A stretch of DNA of 37,930 nt. Source: Nemertoderma westbladi (taxonomy: Eukaryota; Animalia; Xenacoelomorpha). The stretch spans positions 1-37,930 of the forward strand of contig JAUCBJ010005787.1 of the NCBI GenBank assembly GCA_032718475.1. Direction: 5' to 3'. Position 1 is the stretch's first letter; each line of letters begins with the position of its first letter. Both the position numbers and the translations under genes were made by a program. Below, piece by piece: positions 1 through 8,785 of the stretch. The notes beneath the pieces were generated by a model that searched no databases, was not told the origin of the DNA, and saw nothing but the letters and a program-made list of their open reading frames with translations.

Positions 1-451
1 CGACTATACCAAACCCACAGGTTTGATAATCGAACATCACACATCCTGCAAACTACTGAGTGGGGTCCATGCACGCCTCTGGTGCTACTAACCTTTAGCA
101 CCTTAGTTGCACTGTTGGCACCAATCTGTGGAAGTTGCTAAACTCAATTTACACTCCTACATAATATAGCCGTCACCATGGTTTCTAAATGCTATTTTCC
201 AGGCTTCACGACTTTTCAAATTACTGTTTATCTATAGACGAATTCTAAAACGCGTCTATACACAGCGTCTGGAATTGTCTTGGGTTCACTTCTAATTTTC
301 TAAAAATTTTAAATTTTCCAAAATTTTGAAAATAAAATTTTGTTTTGATACCCACCAGACAAAACTAGACGCAAATCACCACAACCCCGCTCCTATGCAT
401 TTCCTTGTATTTGCATACGAGGAATGCATACGAAGTGAGTTGCGTCCAACA

Positions 452-2605
452 CTAACTCTGTTTTGAGGCAGGAGACAAATTATAATCTCCCGTCTCGATA
501 CGTGTCTCCTCTAATAACACAATATCTTGGACCGGTCGGTCCAAGGTGTGTAAACCATTAGTTTTACACTTTTTTGGGTGCGGACACTTGCACCTAATTT
601 TCACAGTGACTGTGCGCACTATGTTTTGCACGTCTGGGTGTATATGCAAGATCACTCCCGTCTCCCAATACTTTCTCTTGACAATCGGTTCGGTTATCAA
701 TACGTAATCTCCCCTTTGGAGACTCCGAACCGTTTTGTACCACTTTGTTCTGGTGGATATGGTGGGAAGATAGTATTCCCGCCAATATTCCCAGAATGTG
801 TACGCCACAAATTGTGTCACTTTCCAGCTTTTACGACTATATAGGTCGGCACTAATGGGTTCTGATGCCGGCACAAGAAATGCTGGACTCTGCATTAGCA
901 AATGATTCGGCGTTAATGCAACACCGTCTGGCAACATAGCTATCGGCCTCGAGTTTAGGGTATGCTCGATTTCAATGAAAGCTGTGACCAGTTCGTCGTC
1001 GGTAAGTTGTTTATTTACAGGCAACGTCTTGGCAATAGCCTGTTTTACAGAGCGAACTAAACGCTCCCAACTTCCTCCTCTCCAAGGACTTTCTGGAGTA
1101 TTGAATCTCCACTCTACTCGTTGCGGCAAAAGTGCTGCAGAAATTTCCTTATTCTGTGCCGCTTTATGAGCCGCGTTCAACTCGCTATTCCCCCCGACAA
1201 AGTTTGTACCCTTATCGGAGTAGAACGCCTTTACTAGTCCTCTCCTGGCCATAAATCTCTTTAAGGCCAGGAGCAGAGATTTGGTCGACATGTCTGCCAC
1301 ACGCTCGATATGTATAGCTCTACTAGCCATGCATGTCAGTAGCAGACCCCATCGCTTGTGGGTCAGCCGTCCACTCTTTGCTTCAATCGGACCAAAACAA
1401 TCCACCCCTGTGTTCGTAAAGGGTGGGTCATATGCCTGCACTCTCGCTTCCGGGAGTTCAGCCATCTCCTGTTCCAATACTCTGGCGTTCACCCTCTTGC
1501 AAACCAGACAGGCGTCATACATGGTGCCGACTGCCCTGCTTGGCTGCAATAGAATGAATCGCTGTCTCGCTGCCGACAAACAGTGTAACTTTCCCGCGTG
1601 ATGCAACCGCTTGTGTATATCCCATAGAATCGCTCTTTGCAATTCTATTGGGTGACTAGGGATTATCACTGGGAACCGAAACTGTGAGTTTATGTCGACA
1701 GTCTGGATTCTCGATCTATGACAAATTAAACCCTTATGGATTAATGGACTCCATTTTCTAAGGGGTTTATAGAGAACTGGTCGTTGAGCCGATAATAGAT
1801 GGAATTCTTTCGGGAAGGCACACATTTGATAATGTTTCAAATGCTTTAATTCCGCTTGATCAATCTCATCCTCTGTCAGAGGTTGTTTCAATTTCTGAAT
1901 TCGCTCACTATTGGTGCTCGATGGTTCTCTCAAATGTTTCGAATGTTTTAAACAAAGGTACAAAATGTATCGGCTTAACCACGCAGTTCTTTTACAAATT
2001 GTCAGCCAAGAGGCAGACGAATTTAGTAATTTGTCATAAATACTGCATGACTCTAATGCCAGCGACGGTTGTCCGCTAGTTAATGGAAGTTTCGAATCCA
2101 AACCCGCAGGTTTGGAAACCAAAGACTCCATTGTGTCGGTCATTTTCTGTCCGTCACTTACCAACTGTGACTGTCGTCCAGTCTGTAAGGGTGGTTTGAT
2201 GTCATAACTTACCCTTCCGGACCTAGTAGTCACGTAAGTCTGTTGGTCTGACAGGTCTCCGGGCCGCTCCAATGACTCTTCAGGCCGCTCCAATGACTCT
2301 TCAGGCCGCTCCAATGACTTAAGTTTGGCTTTAGACTTCGACTTAGAGACTTTCTCCACCTTGACTTCTGCATCTTCAGGCATCGGATTGGTCACTATCT
2401 TCAGTCGCTCCGGCCAATGTTCCTGTGTCCTCGTTAGAAAATCAGGTCCATGCAACCAAAACTCCTGCGACTCTTCCTGACAAAATTCCGCCGGCATTGC
2501 ACCTCTCGAAGTTATGTCGGCCGGGTTTAACACTCCCGGACAATGTCTCCATTGTTCCTTCGTGCGTCGAAAAGTCAACGATCTGAGCGCGTCTGTTGGC
2601 CACAA
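452..2605 (-). CDS. BEL/Pao Pol C-terminal part: end of RNase H, linker, integrase
   Basis: QWRHCPGVLNPADITSRG (RH C-term), H..LHHAG...CLVC zinc finger, VDCFGP / SDKGTNF / WERLVR DDE core, LTPNHLL, FWEYWREYYL. True coding in this frame begins at about 2563. Confidence 0.93.
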   Translation of the reverse strand: MWPTDALRSLTFRRTKEQWRHCPGVLNPADITSRGAMPAEFCQEESQEFWLHGPDFLTRTQEHWPERLKIVTNPMPEDAEVKVEKVSKSKSKAKLKSLERPEESLERPEESLERPGDLSDQQTYVTTRSGRVSYDIKPPLQTGRQSQLVSDGQKMTDTMESLVSKPAGLDSKLPLTSGQPSLALESCSIYDKLLNSSASWLTICKRTAWLSRYILYLCLKHSKHLREPSSTNSERIQKLKQPLTEDEIDQAELKHLKHYQMCAFPKEFHLLSAQRPVLYKPLRKWSPLIHKGLICHRSRIQTVDINSQFRFPVIIPSHPIELQRAILWDIHKRLHHAGKLHCLSAARQRFILLQPSRAVGTMYDACLVCKRVNARVLEQEMAELPEARVQAYDPPFTNTGVDCFGPIEAKSGRLTHKRWGLLLTCMASRAIHIERVADMSTKSLLLALKRFMARRGLVKAFYSDKGTNFVGGNSELNAAHKAAQNKEISAALLPQRVEWRFNTPESPWRGGSWERLVRSVKQAIAKTLPVNKQLTDDELVTAFIEIEHTLNSRPIAMLPDGVALTPNHLLMQSPAFLVPASEPISADLYSRKSWKVTQFVAYTFWEYWREYYLPTISTRTKWYKTVRSLQRGDYVLITEPIVKRKYWETGVILHIHPDVQNIVRTVTVKIRCKCPHPKKCKTNGLHTLDRPVQDIVLLEETRIETGDYNLSPASKQS
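2262..2319. repeat. 21-bp in-frame tandem repeat x~3 (SLERPEE) in the RH-IN linker
   Basis: ggccgctccaatgactcttca repeated. Confidence 0.9.
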
Positions 2606-5600
2606 ATGTCTTTAGTGCAATATTGTCGGCCGCAATGTATACTAACACCAAGGATGCGTCCGTCCAATAGAATAAGGTCAATGTCGTGTCTAACTCCTCA
2701 GTTATTTGCTTACTTACCTCGACCGAAACTACAGCCGCCTGTAACTCTGCACGAGGGACAGTCATGTATTTGACCGGCATTGTCTTTGATCTAGAAGTCA
2801 CAAAGGCCGTCTCAAATTTGTCCTGACTTACCTCTCGGCGTAGGTAGGCTACCATACCAAAGCCGGTGTCACTTGCGTCACTGAATAAGTGCAGTTCGAG
2901 ATCAGCTGGGAATACCAGCTGATTCGGAAAGTAGGAACGGGGTACGTCTATGTTTTTCAATAGATGTAACTCGGCTTCCCACTCCCTCCACTGCTTTGCA
3001 TGTATAGGAGATATTGGTTCGTCCCACTCTACGTCGGACAACCAAATTTTCCTCATGCACGCTCGTGCCTGTAATATAACCGGACTGATAAAGTTCATCG
3101 GGTCAAATAGTCTACTTAATGTCGATAAGCAAATCCTCTTTGTCAAAACTTTGTCTGGGCTACTGGGCTCAAATCTAACTCTTACCTGGAACTTGTCTGA
3201 ATTCGGGTTCCAAGCGAGTCCCAGTACTCGCGCCATGGGGATTGGTTCTACCCCCAATTCTATGTCTCCGCTCCCGCGATCTTTCACCGGGAACGACTCT
3301 AATAGGGCCTCCGAATTGGTAGTGAACTTGGTCAGAGGAAATCCCCCTGTAGCCAAGCACTCTTGCAGGCCGTGAGCCACTTCTATGGCTTGTTCCGCCG
3401 TGTCCTTGGACACCAATCCGTCGTCTATATAGAAGTTTCTCAAGATGGACTCGATCACCTCTACTGGGTACTTACCAATCTGGGCTGTTGCCGTTTTCTT
3501 TAGAACAAACAGCGTGCCATTCGGACTATCGCGGGCGCCAAATATCCTAACGTACATTTGGTATGTAACCACTGGGCCGGATAAGTCTTCATTCTCGTAC
3601 CAGAGAAAGCGAAGGCTATCCTGGTCTGCCTTACAGGCTCTTACCTGGTGGAACATCGCCTCGATGTCACAAGTAAATGTGAATCGCCGCTGTCTAAAAC
3701 GCAACAGTATTCCAATCAAATAGTTGTTCAGGTTGGGACCATCCATCAACTCTGAATTCAGGGACATACCTCTATAGACTGCTGCGCAGTCGTTGACTAC
3801 TCGGACTTTGTCAGGCTTGTCAGGGTGAGTCACATAGTGGTGTGGAAGGTAATAAGTCTGGTCTGTCACTAAGTCAGGGTCCTCTACCTTCCCAGCAAAT
3901 CCCTTGGCGAAATAGTTGTTGATCTGGGCGCAATACTTCTCCCTAATGTCAGGATTCCTTAACAACCGAGCCCTTACTCCGTTCAATCTTTTCAAGGCTA
4001 AGTTGTAGTTGTTCTCCAACTTAGGTGGTTGTCGACGCCACAACATTCCAACTTCAAAATGTCTAGTCGGTAGCAGACGTATGGTATCTTCCATCATCTC
4101 CAGCGACTGCTTCTCATCAGTAGACATGGCTAGGTCATATCCACCGGGTTCCATTGCGTCCCTATCCAGCCATTCGACGGTTCTGGCTCCTGTCTCGAGG
4201 TCCTGGCGTATCAATTCCTTCTGTAATTCCTCTTCACTGTACTGGAAAATGTCTAGGTCTCGATATTTAGCCACTTGACCCTCCACTATGTCAGTATAAG
4301 TCAAAACGTTAGTCAGATAAGTAGCGTGGGCCGCTGAACCAGACCCACGGGTCTGATAACAGTAGTCCTCGGGTTCACTATCTGTCCGGTCGTTGTGAAG
4401 TGGTTCCGACAACCTAACATTATCGGGAATCAACTCCTCGTCCGACTCGCTAAAGTCACTATAATGGTCAATACAGGTTCTCCTAAACTCGTCTATGTCT
4501 GGTGGTTCTACTAACGGTGGTTGAGTTATAGGCTGTAATTTGTCGTATCTGTTTATTGGCTTGTCGCCACCTGTAAACTCATAGGACATGGGTACTCGTG
4601 TATACCAACCTAATATAGTCCTATGGGCATGTGGTCCATTGACATGCGGCTCAGCTGGTCTCGTTTCCCATATCTGGTGTGCGATCAGCTGTTCTGCACC
4701 AATCAACATAGAAACATTCCTATAACCTACCTGATGTCTGGGTATCCTGAGCTTGTCAAAATACTCCTGTGCTATGGGACTCATCGGCGGCACCTTACCT
4801 AACTGCCTGCCGAATCCCTTCATAGCTAGACACTTAAATCCGTCCAATGGCAAAGCTTTCCGTTCTTGTCGAGTGTGTTGGTCTCTCGGAAGTAGGGAAT
4901 CTAGTTCTACCGAAATTCTGTGTCCCTTGAGGTCTCCTACCCCGTGCATAGACTTCAACTCTATTTGGATCTCCTCGGCGTCCTGGAAGCTAGAAACGGC
5001 TCTCGCCACTTCCTCGTCGATATAGGATAATGTGGACGCAGTGTCCAACATCACATATATTCTCTTCGATCCCTTATCGCCAGTGAGTTTCACCGGAATC
5101 ACGCTAAATATTTCCGACGTTGCCGATGATAAATACGTCCGCGCGCTGGTCGATGAACTATCCGCGGTGAAACCTTGGCAGGTCACTTCTCTCGCGCTCG
5201 ACTCGCCATCTTCGTCCGACGAACCTGGTTGATAACCATCGTCCTGAATGCCGGTATACGTATTCCTCCTTATCGATACGGGTTCTTTGCTCCCCTTCCT
5301 GTGAGGATTTCGCTGTAAGTAACGGTCCGTTGGGGTGTGGAAATCCGCATGTAGCAACTTGTGATGTAGTCTGCCGCACTCCATGCATCCGTCCTTGCTG
5401 TTCGGGCACTGCCGCCGTACATGGCCTGGCGCAAGACATGCCCAACAGGTGTCCAACGTCCGCACTTGAACTCTTCTCTGTTCCGAATTTAATTCTTTGA
5501 ACTGTCTGCAACTATCTAACTTATGATCGTCAGATCTTACCTCCTTTAGTAAACAGTATTGGCAACCTACAAATCCATCCGGCAACTCCTGTTGCTTTAA

Positions 5601-7874
5601 CCTAGGTCTATCTAACCGCTCACCCGACCATACTCGCGAGTCTGATCTAAAGGCTGGGGTACTCGCATTATATCTGTCTACTGAGTTAAATGTCACAGTG
5701 GTCCTGTCATCGTCAAAACTTACCATAGACTTACCGGTAACAGGTTTAGACTCCCTCATATTCTCTTCTGAGAAGTTTGATTTCATCTCTGCTACTGCGT
5801 CTGTGGCTATCATGTCATGAATATGCTGAAGTGTCAACACCTTACCTTGGCCCTCCAACTTATTCTCTAATTTGCGCCATTTCTGTCTGTAACGCATGTT
5901 TAGACGTCTTATTACGCTCTTTAAAACTTCGGCGTGATCACCATGATGAGGTAAATTCACCGTCCTCAAGATGTCCAATGCGTTCGAAATAGCGTTCGCT
6001 AAGTTCAACAGCTCTAACGGAGTTGTAATCCTTCCGCCCTTACCCAAGTCTTCTACTATCGACTGCGCCATCTTCGTTTTATTCCCGTAGATGTCGCTAA
6101 GCGTCTTCATCGCTAACTCGAATGCCCTTTCATTGCCGACGAAGTTATCAGCAATGGCTCTAGGTTCTCGATGGAGCATCTGAAGCAAATAGTTGAACTT
6201 CTCGTTGGGAGTAAAGGTGCTGTTGGTCAGCTGCTCGTCGACATAGGTTTTGAAAGTCCTCCAGTGCTTATGGTTGCCCATAAACTTCTGGGGTTGTTGC
6301 GTCGGCAGTCCTTGCCTAGCAGCAAACTTACCTATGTCCCTAAGGGTTGCGTCGTTCCGGGTTAACAAATGGTTTAGTTCCGCAGGGTTGTTAAGTCTGG
6401 TCCTTTCCCGGTGGTTCCAACTTACCTGCTCCGCCTCCGTCCTTGTTTCCTTATAGTTTCGGGACCTCTGACGTCTCATGTCTTCCTCTTCATCGCTTGA
6501 CTCGGTGTCAGTCCTTAGCGCTCGCGATGGTTTGCGCGCCGAGGCCCTGACCCAAGCCTCCTCAATAAATTTCTCGGCTGAGTTTTCGAAATTGGGATTA
6601 TGAATATTCGGGACAGGCGTCCTTACCTGAGGTCTATGTGGTATAGTCTTCTCCGATATGCGTACTCGTTGACTAGGCTGGACTTTATCTAACTCAGGCC
6701 TGCTGGGATTTGAATTACTTCTTACCTGGGCTGCTTCCTTTAACCGTAGGTTGCTAAGCATGTCCGTTATAGGTTGGATGTGCGGCGATATAGCTTGCGC
6801 TAAACTAGCACTTAACTCATCCCTCGTAATAAATTCCTGGCTAGGGTTCTGTTGTATAGTCGGCTCTATCTGAGTAATTCGCTGTCTCTCATATGATCCC
6901 TCTTCCGGTTTAACCCGGAAGTTCTCCGTCGAACTGGGTCGGCGCGCCGTCCGCGTATTCCAAACCCGCGGGTTCGGTTCACCAAGTACTCGTCCCGTCG
7001 GAGTTTCTCTAAACTCTCCGTTGTCGCGTTCAGTATACAGTGGTGCGGTGTTCCGATGACGTAGATCCTGCGCGATAGGTGAAGCACTAATACCAACTGG
7101 CGTGCGATATGTAGAGAACGGTTTAGCGATCCGTGTACTCGTAATAGCTGGACCGGGTATAGGAATTCTGGTCGTCGTCGACTCGCGTATAGTCGGAGTT
7201 CTCGCTTCCTGTTCGGCCTTCTGAAGTGCGAACAGTTCTCGCAACTCAGTCCCTACACTCGCCCCACATTCTTCGATCATTCGCATCCCCTTCTCGGCGA
7301 TTTCATTCGCCTTCCTAGTCCGTTCTTCGCTCTCTAAACTTAATCTCGCACTTTCCAACTGCGCCAGTTTACGTTCTTCTTCTTCCCTCGCTCGTCTCGC
7401 TGCGCCCTCTTCTTCCACACGCGCCCTTTCTTCATACAACGCTTGTCGCTCTTTCTCGATCTCGAGTTCGCGTTCCTTGCGTTCGCGTTCAAGTTCGAGT
7501 TCGCGTTTCTTCTGTTCGCGTTCGAGCTGGAGTTCGCGTTCTTTCTGCTCGCGTTCAAGTTCAAGTTCGCGTTCCTTGCGTTCGCGTTCAAGTTGAAGTT
7601 CACGTTCCTTCTGCTCGCGTTCCGCTCGCTCACGCTTACCTTTATCTTCCAATTCGCGCAACTTCGCGTCTAACTTACGTGTTCGCTCCCGTTCCCGCTC
7701 GGCTTCCTTCCGCGCTTCCGATGCACGCAAAACTTCCGCCTGCTGTTCGTCCAGTCGGCGTCTTCTCTCCTCCGCCGAGTTGTGAGAAACAAGGGATCTA
7801 GCACATATAACTTTACCTCGCGCGTGACTAACCTGGGAATCGCCGCTGTCTCTGGATGCGATCGTCGGGTGGAG
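2442..7874 (-). CDS. BEL/Pao Gag-Pol main frame: coiled coil, capsid-like region, 3 zinc knuckles, protease, RT, RNase H
   Basis: CQYC..H..C, CWACLAPGHVRRQC, CMECGRLHHKLLH; LDTAS protease; YYLPHH, DIEAMFHQV, FYIDD RT; FSDAS, ELQAA, WTDAS, FVANR RNase H. The frame is open upstream of the track's TTG (7730) up to a TAA at 7877-7875. Confidence 0.95.
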   Translation of the reverse strand, partial: LHPTIASRDSGDSQVSHARGKVICARSLVSHNSAEERRRRLDEQQAEVLRASEARKEAERERERTRKLDAKLRELEDKGKRERAEREQKERELQLERERKERELELEREQKERELQLEREQKKRELELERERKERELEIEKERQALYEERARVEEEGAARRAREEEERKLAQLESARLSLESEERTRKANEIAEKGMRMIEECGASVGTELRELFALQKAEQEARTPTIRESTTTRIPIPGPAITSTRIAKPFSTYRTPVGISASPIAQDLRHRNTAPLYTERDNGEFRETPTGRVLGEPNPRVWNTRTARRPSSTENFRVKPEEGSYERQRITQIEPTIQQNPSQEFITRDELSASLAQAISPHIQPITDMLSNLRLKEAAQVRSNSNPSRPELDKVQPSQRVRISEKTIPHRPQVRTPVPNIHNPNFENSAEKFIEEAWVRASARKPSRALRTDTESSDEEEDMRRQRSRNYKETRTEAEQVSWNHRERTRLNNPAELNHLLTRNDATLRDIGKFAARQGLPTQQPQKFMGNHKHWRTFKTYVDEQLTNSTFTPNEKFNYLLQMLHREPRAIADNFVGNERAFELAMKTLSDIYGNKTKMAQSIVEDLGKGGRITTPLELLNLANAISNALDILRTVNLPHHGDHAEVLKSVIRRLNMRYRQKWRKLENKLEGQGKVLTLQHIHDMIATDAVAEMKSNFSEENMRESKPVTGKSMVSFDDDRTTVTFNSVDRYNASTPAFRSDSRVWSGERLDRPRLKQQELPDGFVGCQYCLLKEVRSDDHKLDSCRQFKELNSEQRRVQVRTLDTCWACLAPGHVRRQCPNSKDGCMECGRLHHKLLHADFHTPTDRYLQRNPHRKGSKEPVSIRRNTYTGIQDDGYQPGSSDEDGESSAREVTCQGFTADSSSTSARTYLSSATSEIFSVIPVKLTGDKGSKRIYVMLDTASTLSYIDEEVARAVSSFQDAEEIQIELKSMHGVGDLKGHRISVELDSLLPRDQHTRQERKALPLDGFKCLAMKGFGRQLGKVPPMSPIAQEYFDKLRIPRHQVGYRNVSMLIGAEQLIAHQIWETRPAEPHVNGPHAHRTILGWYTRVPMSYEFTGGDKPINRYDKLQPITQPPLVEPPDIDEFRRTCIDHYSDFSESDEELIPDNVRLSEPLHNDRTDSEPEDYCYQTRGSGSAAHATYLTNVLTYTDIVEGQVAKYRDLDIFQYSEEELQKELIRQDLETGARTVEWLDRDAMEPGGYDLAMSTDEKQSLEMMEDTIRLLPTRHFEVGMLWRRQPPKLENNYNLALKRLNGVRARLLRNPDIREKYCAQINNYFAKGFAGKVEDPDLVTDQTYYLPHHYVTHPDKPDKVRVVNDCAAVYRGMSLNSELMDGPNLNNYLIGILLRFRQRRFTFTCDIEAMFHQVRACKADQDSLRFLWYENEDLSGPVVTYQMYVRIFGARDSPNGTLFVLKKTATAQIGKYPVEVIESILRNFYIDDGLVSKDTAEQAIEVAHGLQECLATGGFPLTKFTTNSEALLESFPVKDRGSGDIELGVEPIPMARVLGLAWNPNSDKFQVRVRFEPSSPDKVLTKRICLSTLSRLFDPMNFISPVILQARACMRKIWLSDVEWDEPISPIHAKQWREWEAELHLLKNIDVPRSYFPNQLVFPADLELHLFSDASDTGFGMVAYLRREVSQDKFETAFVTSRSKTMPVKYMTVPRAELQAAVVSVEVSKQITEELDTTLTLFYWTDASLVLVYIAADNIALKTFVANRRAQIVDFSTHEGTMETLSGSVKPGRHNFERCNAGGILSGRVAGVLVAWT
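7460..7625. repeat. 33-bp in-frame repeat encoding EL(E/Q)LERE(R/Q)KER coiled coil in Gag
   Basis: About 5 degenerate copies visible in DNA and protein. Confidence 0.85.
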
Positions 7875-8785
7875 TTAACGTCCTCTGTTGAATGTTCTCC
7901 GTCGTCGGTAGCACCTGACCCAGGTACCACCACTCCATTCTGCATCAGCCAGCTAGTAACTTCCCTCTGATAACGGCGCTCTTCCTTGTCTTGGATCTCT
8001 TCTCGCTCCACTAAATCTCTCAACTCTGCGTCACTCACCTGAGTCGCCTGCGCTTGTGATGTCCATAGCAGCCAGTTCTCCGTCCTAACTCGTCGGAATC
8101 GCTCCGATAACTCGCGGTGCTCCAACAAGGCTGCTAAAACCCTGTCGTAAATCCTCGTCGCCACGTCGCTCGACTGAGACTCTACTGCCTTCTTCGCTAG
8201 GACTGCAAGCTCCTCCGTCTGCTTGAATAACGCTGAGTTATATCCTCTTCTAATCTCTGCTAACTCTACCCTCCCGATGTTCGCTGAGTCGGCTAACATT
8301 TTCCTTACCTTGTCCGCCGTCCGAGTTATATGTCCGGCATGCGCGCGAAGTTTCTTCTTTATCGCAATATCAAGTTCTCTCTCGCTTACCTGACTTACAC
8401 TTGGTGGACTTGAAGGATTATTTCGGGAACTACGGGTACTCCTAACAGCCGTCGGGACCACGGCACTTACCATACCCACAGGTCTGGAAACCGGGCTCCG
8501 GGCTCTCGCTTCTGCTACACTACCCTCCCTATCACTCACCTCTGTCCGGGCTGCCGTACAGTCCTTCCTATCAGTAGCGGTAGGGGATCCTAATACTATT
8601 ACTTGAGGTTGTTGTTCTTCCTCACTAGTCACTGTCTCGTCCTCCTGTTCACTTACGTCAGCGTCACTCGCTGCGTCGTCATAGTCGGCATTGTCGTCAA
8701 CAGTATTATTGACGCTATCGTCAGTCGGCGGTCCAGCCGCCGTCTCATAGCTGTCCTCTAGTGCCTCTTTGTCTGAGACACTCAT
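7670..8785 (-). CDS. N-terminal part of BEL/Pao Gag (acidic, low-complexity N-terminus then helical region)
   Basis: ATG at 8785, 371 aa; overlaps the main gag-pol frame by about 205 nt; similar composition to gag-pol. Confidence 0.75.
   Translation of the reverse strand: MSVSDKEALEDSYETAAGPPTDDSVNNTVDDNADYDDAASDADVSEQEDETVTSEEEQQPQVIVLGSPTATDRKDCTAARTEVSDREGSVAEARARSPVSRPVGMVSAVVPTAVRSTRSSRNNPSSPPSVSQVSERELDIAIKKKLRAHAGHITRTADKVRKMLADSANIGRVELAEIRRGYNSALFKQTEELAVLAKKAVESQSSDVATRIYDRVLAALLEHRELSERFRRVRTENWLLWTSQAQATQVSDAELRDLVEREEIQDKEERRYQREVTSWLMQNGVVVPGSGATDDGEHSTEDVNSTRRSHPETAAIPRLVTREVKLYVLDPLFLTTRRRREDADWTNSRRKFCVHRKRGRKPSGNGSEHVS

Noticed and set aside
1-451. 3' LTR or env start of the BEL element
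   Set aside because: No match to 8786-11966 was seen by eye, and there is no clear polypurine tract or sustained ORF.
578-7970. Plus-strand ORFs overlapping gag-pol (and 28799-29582 over cathepsin B)
   Set aside because: Antisense shadows of real coding frames.
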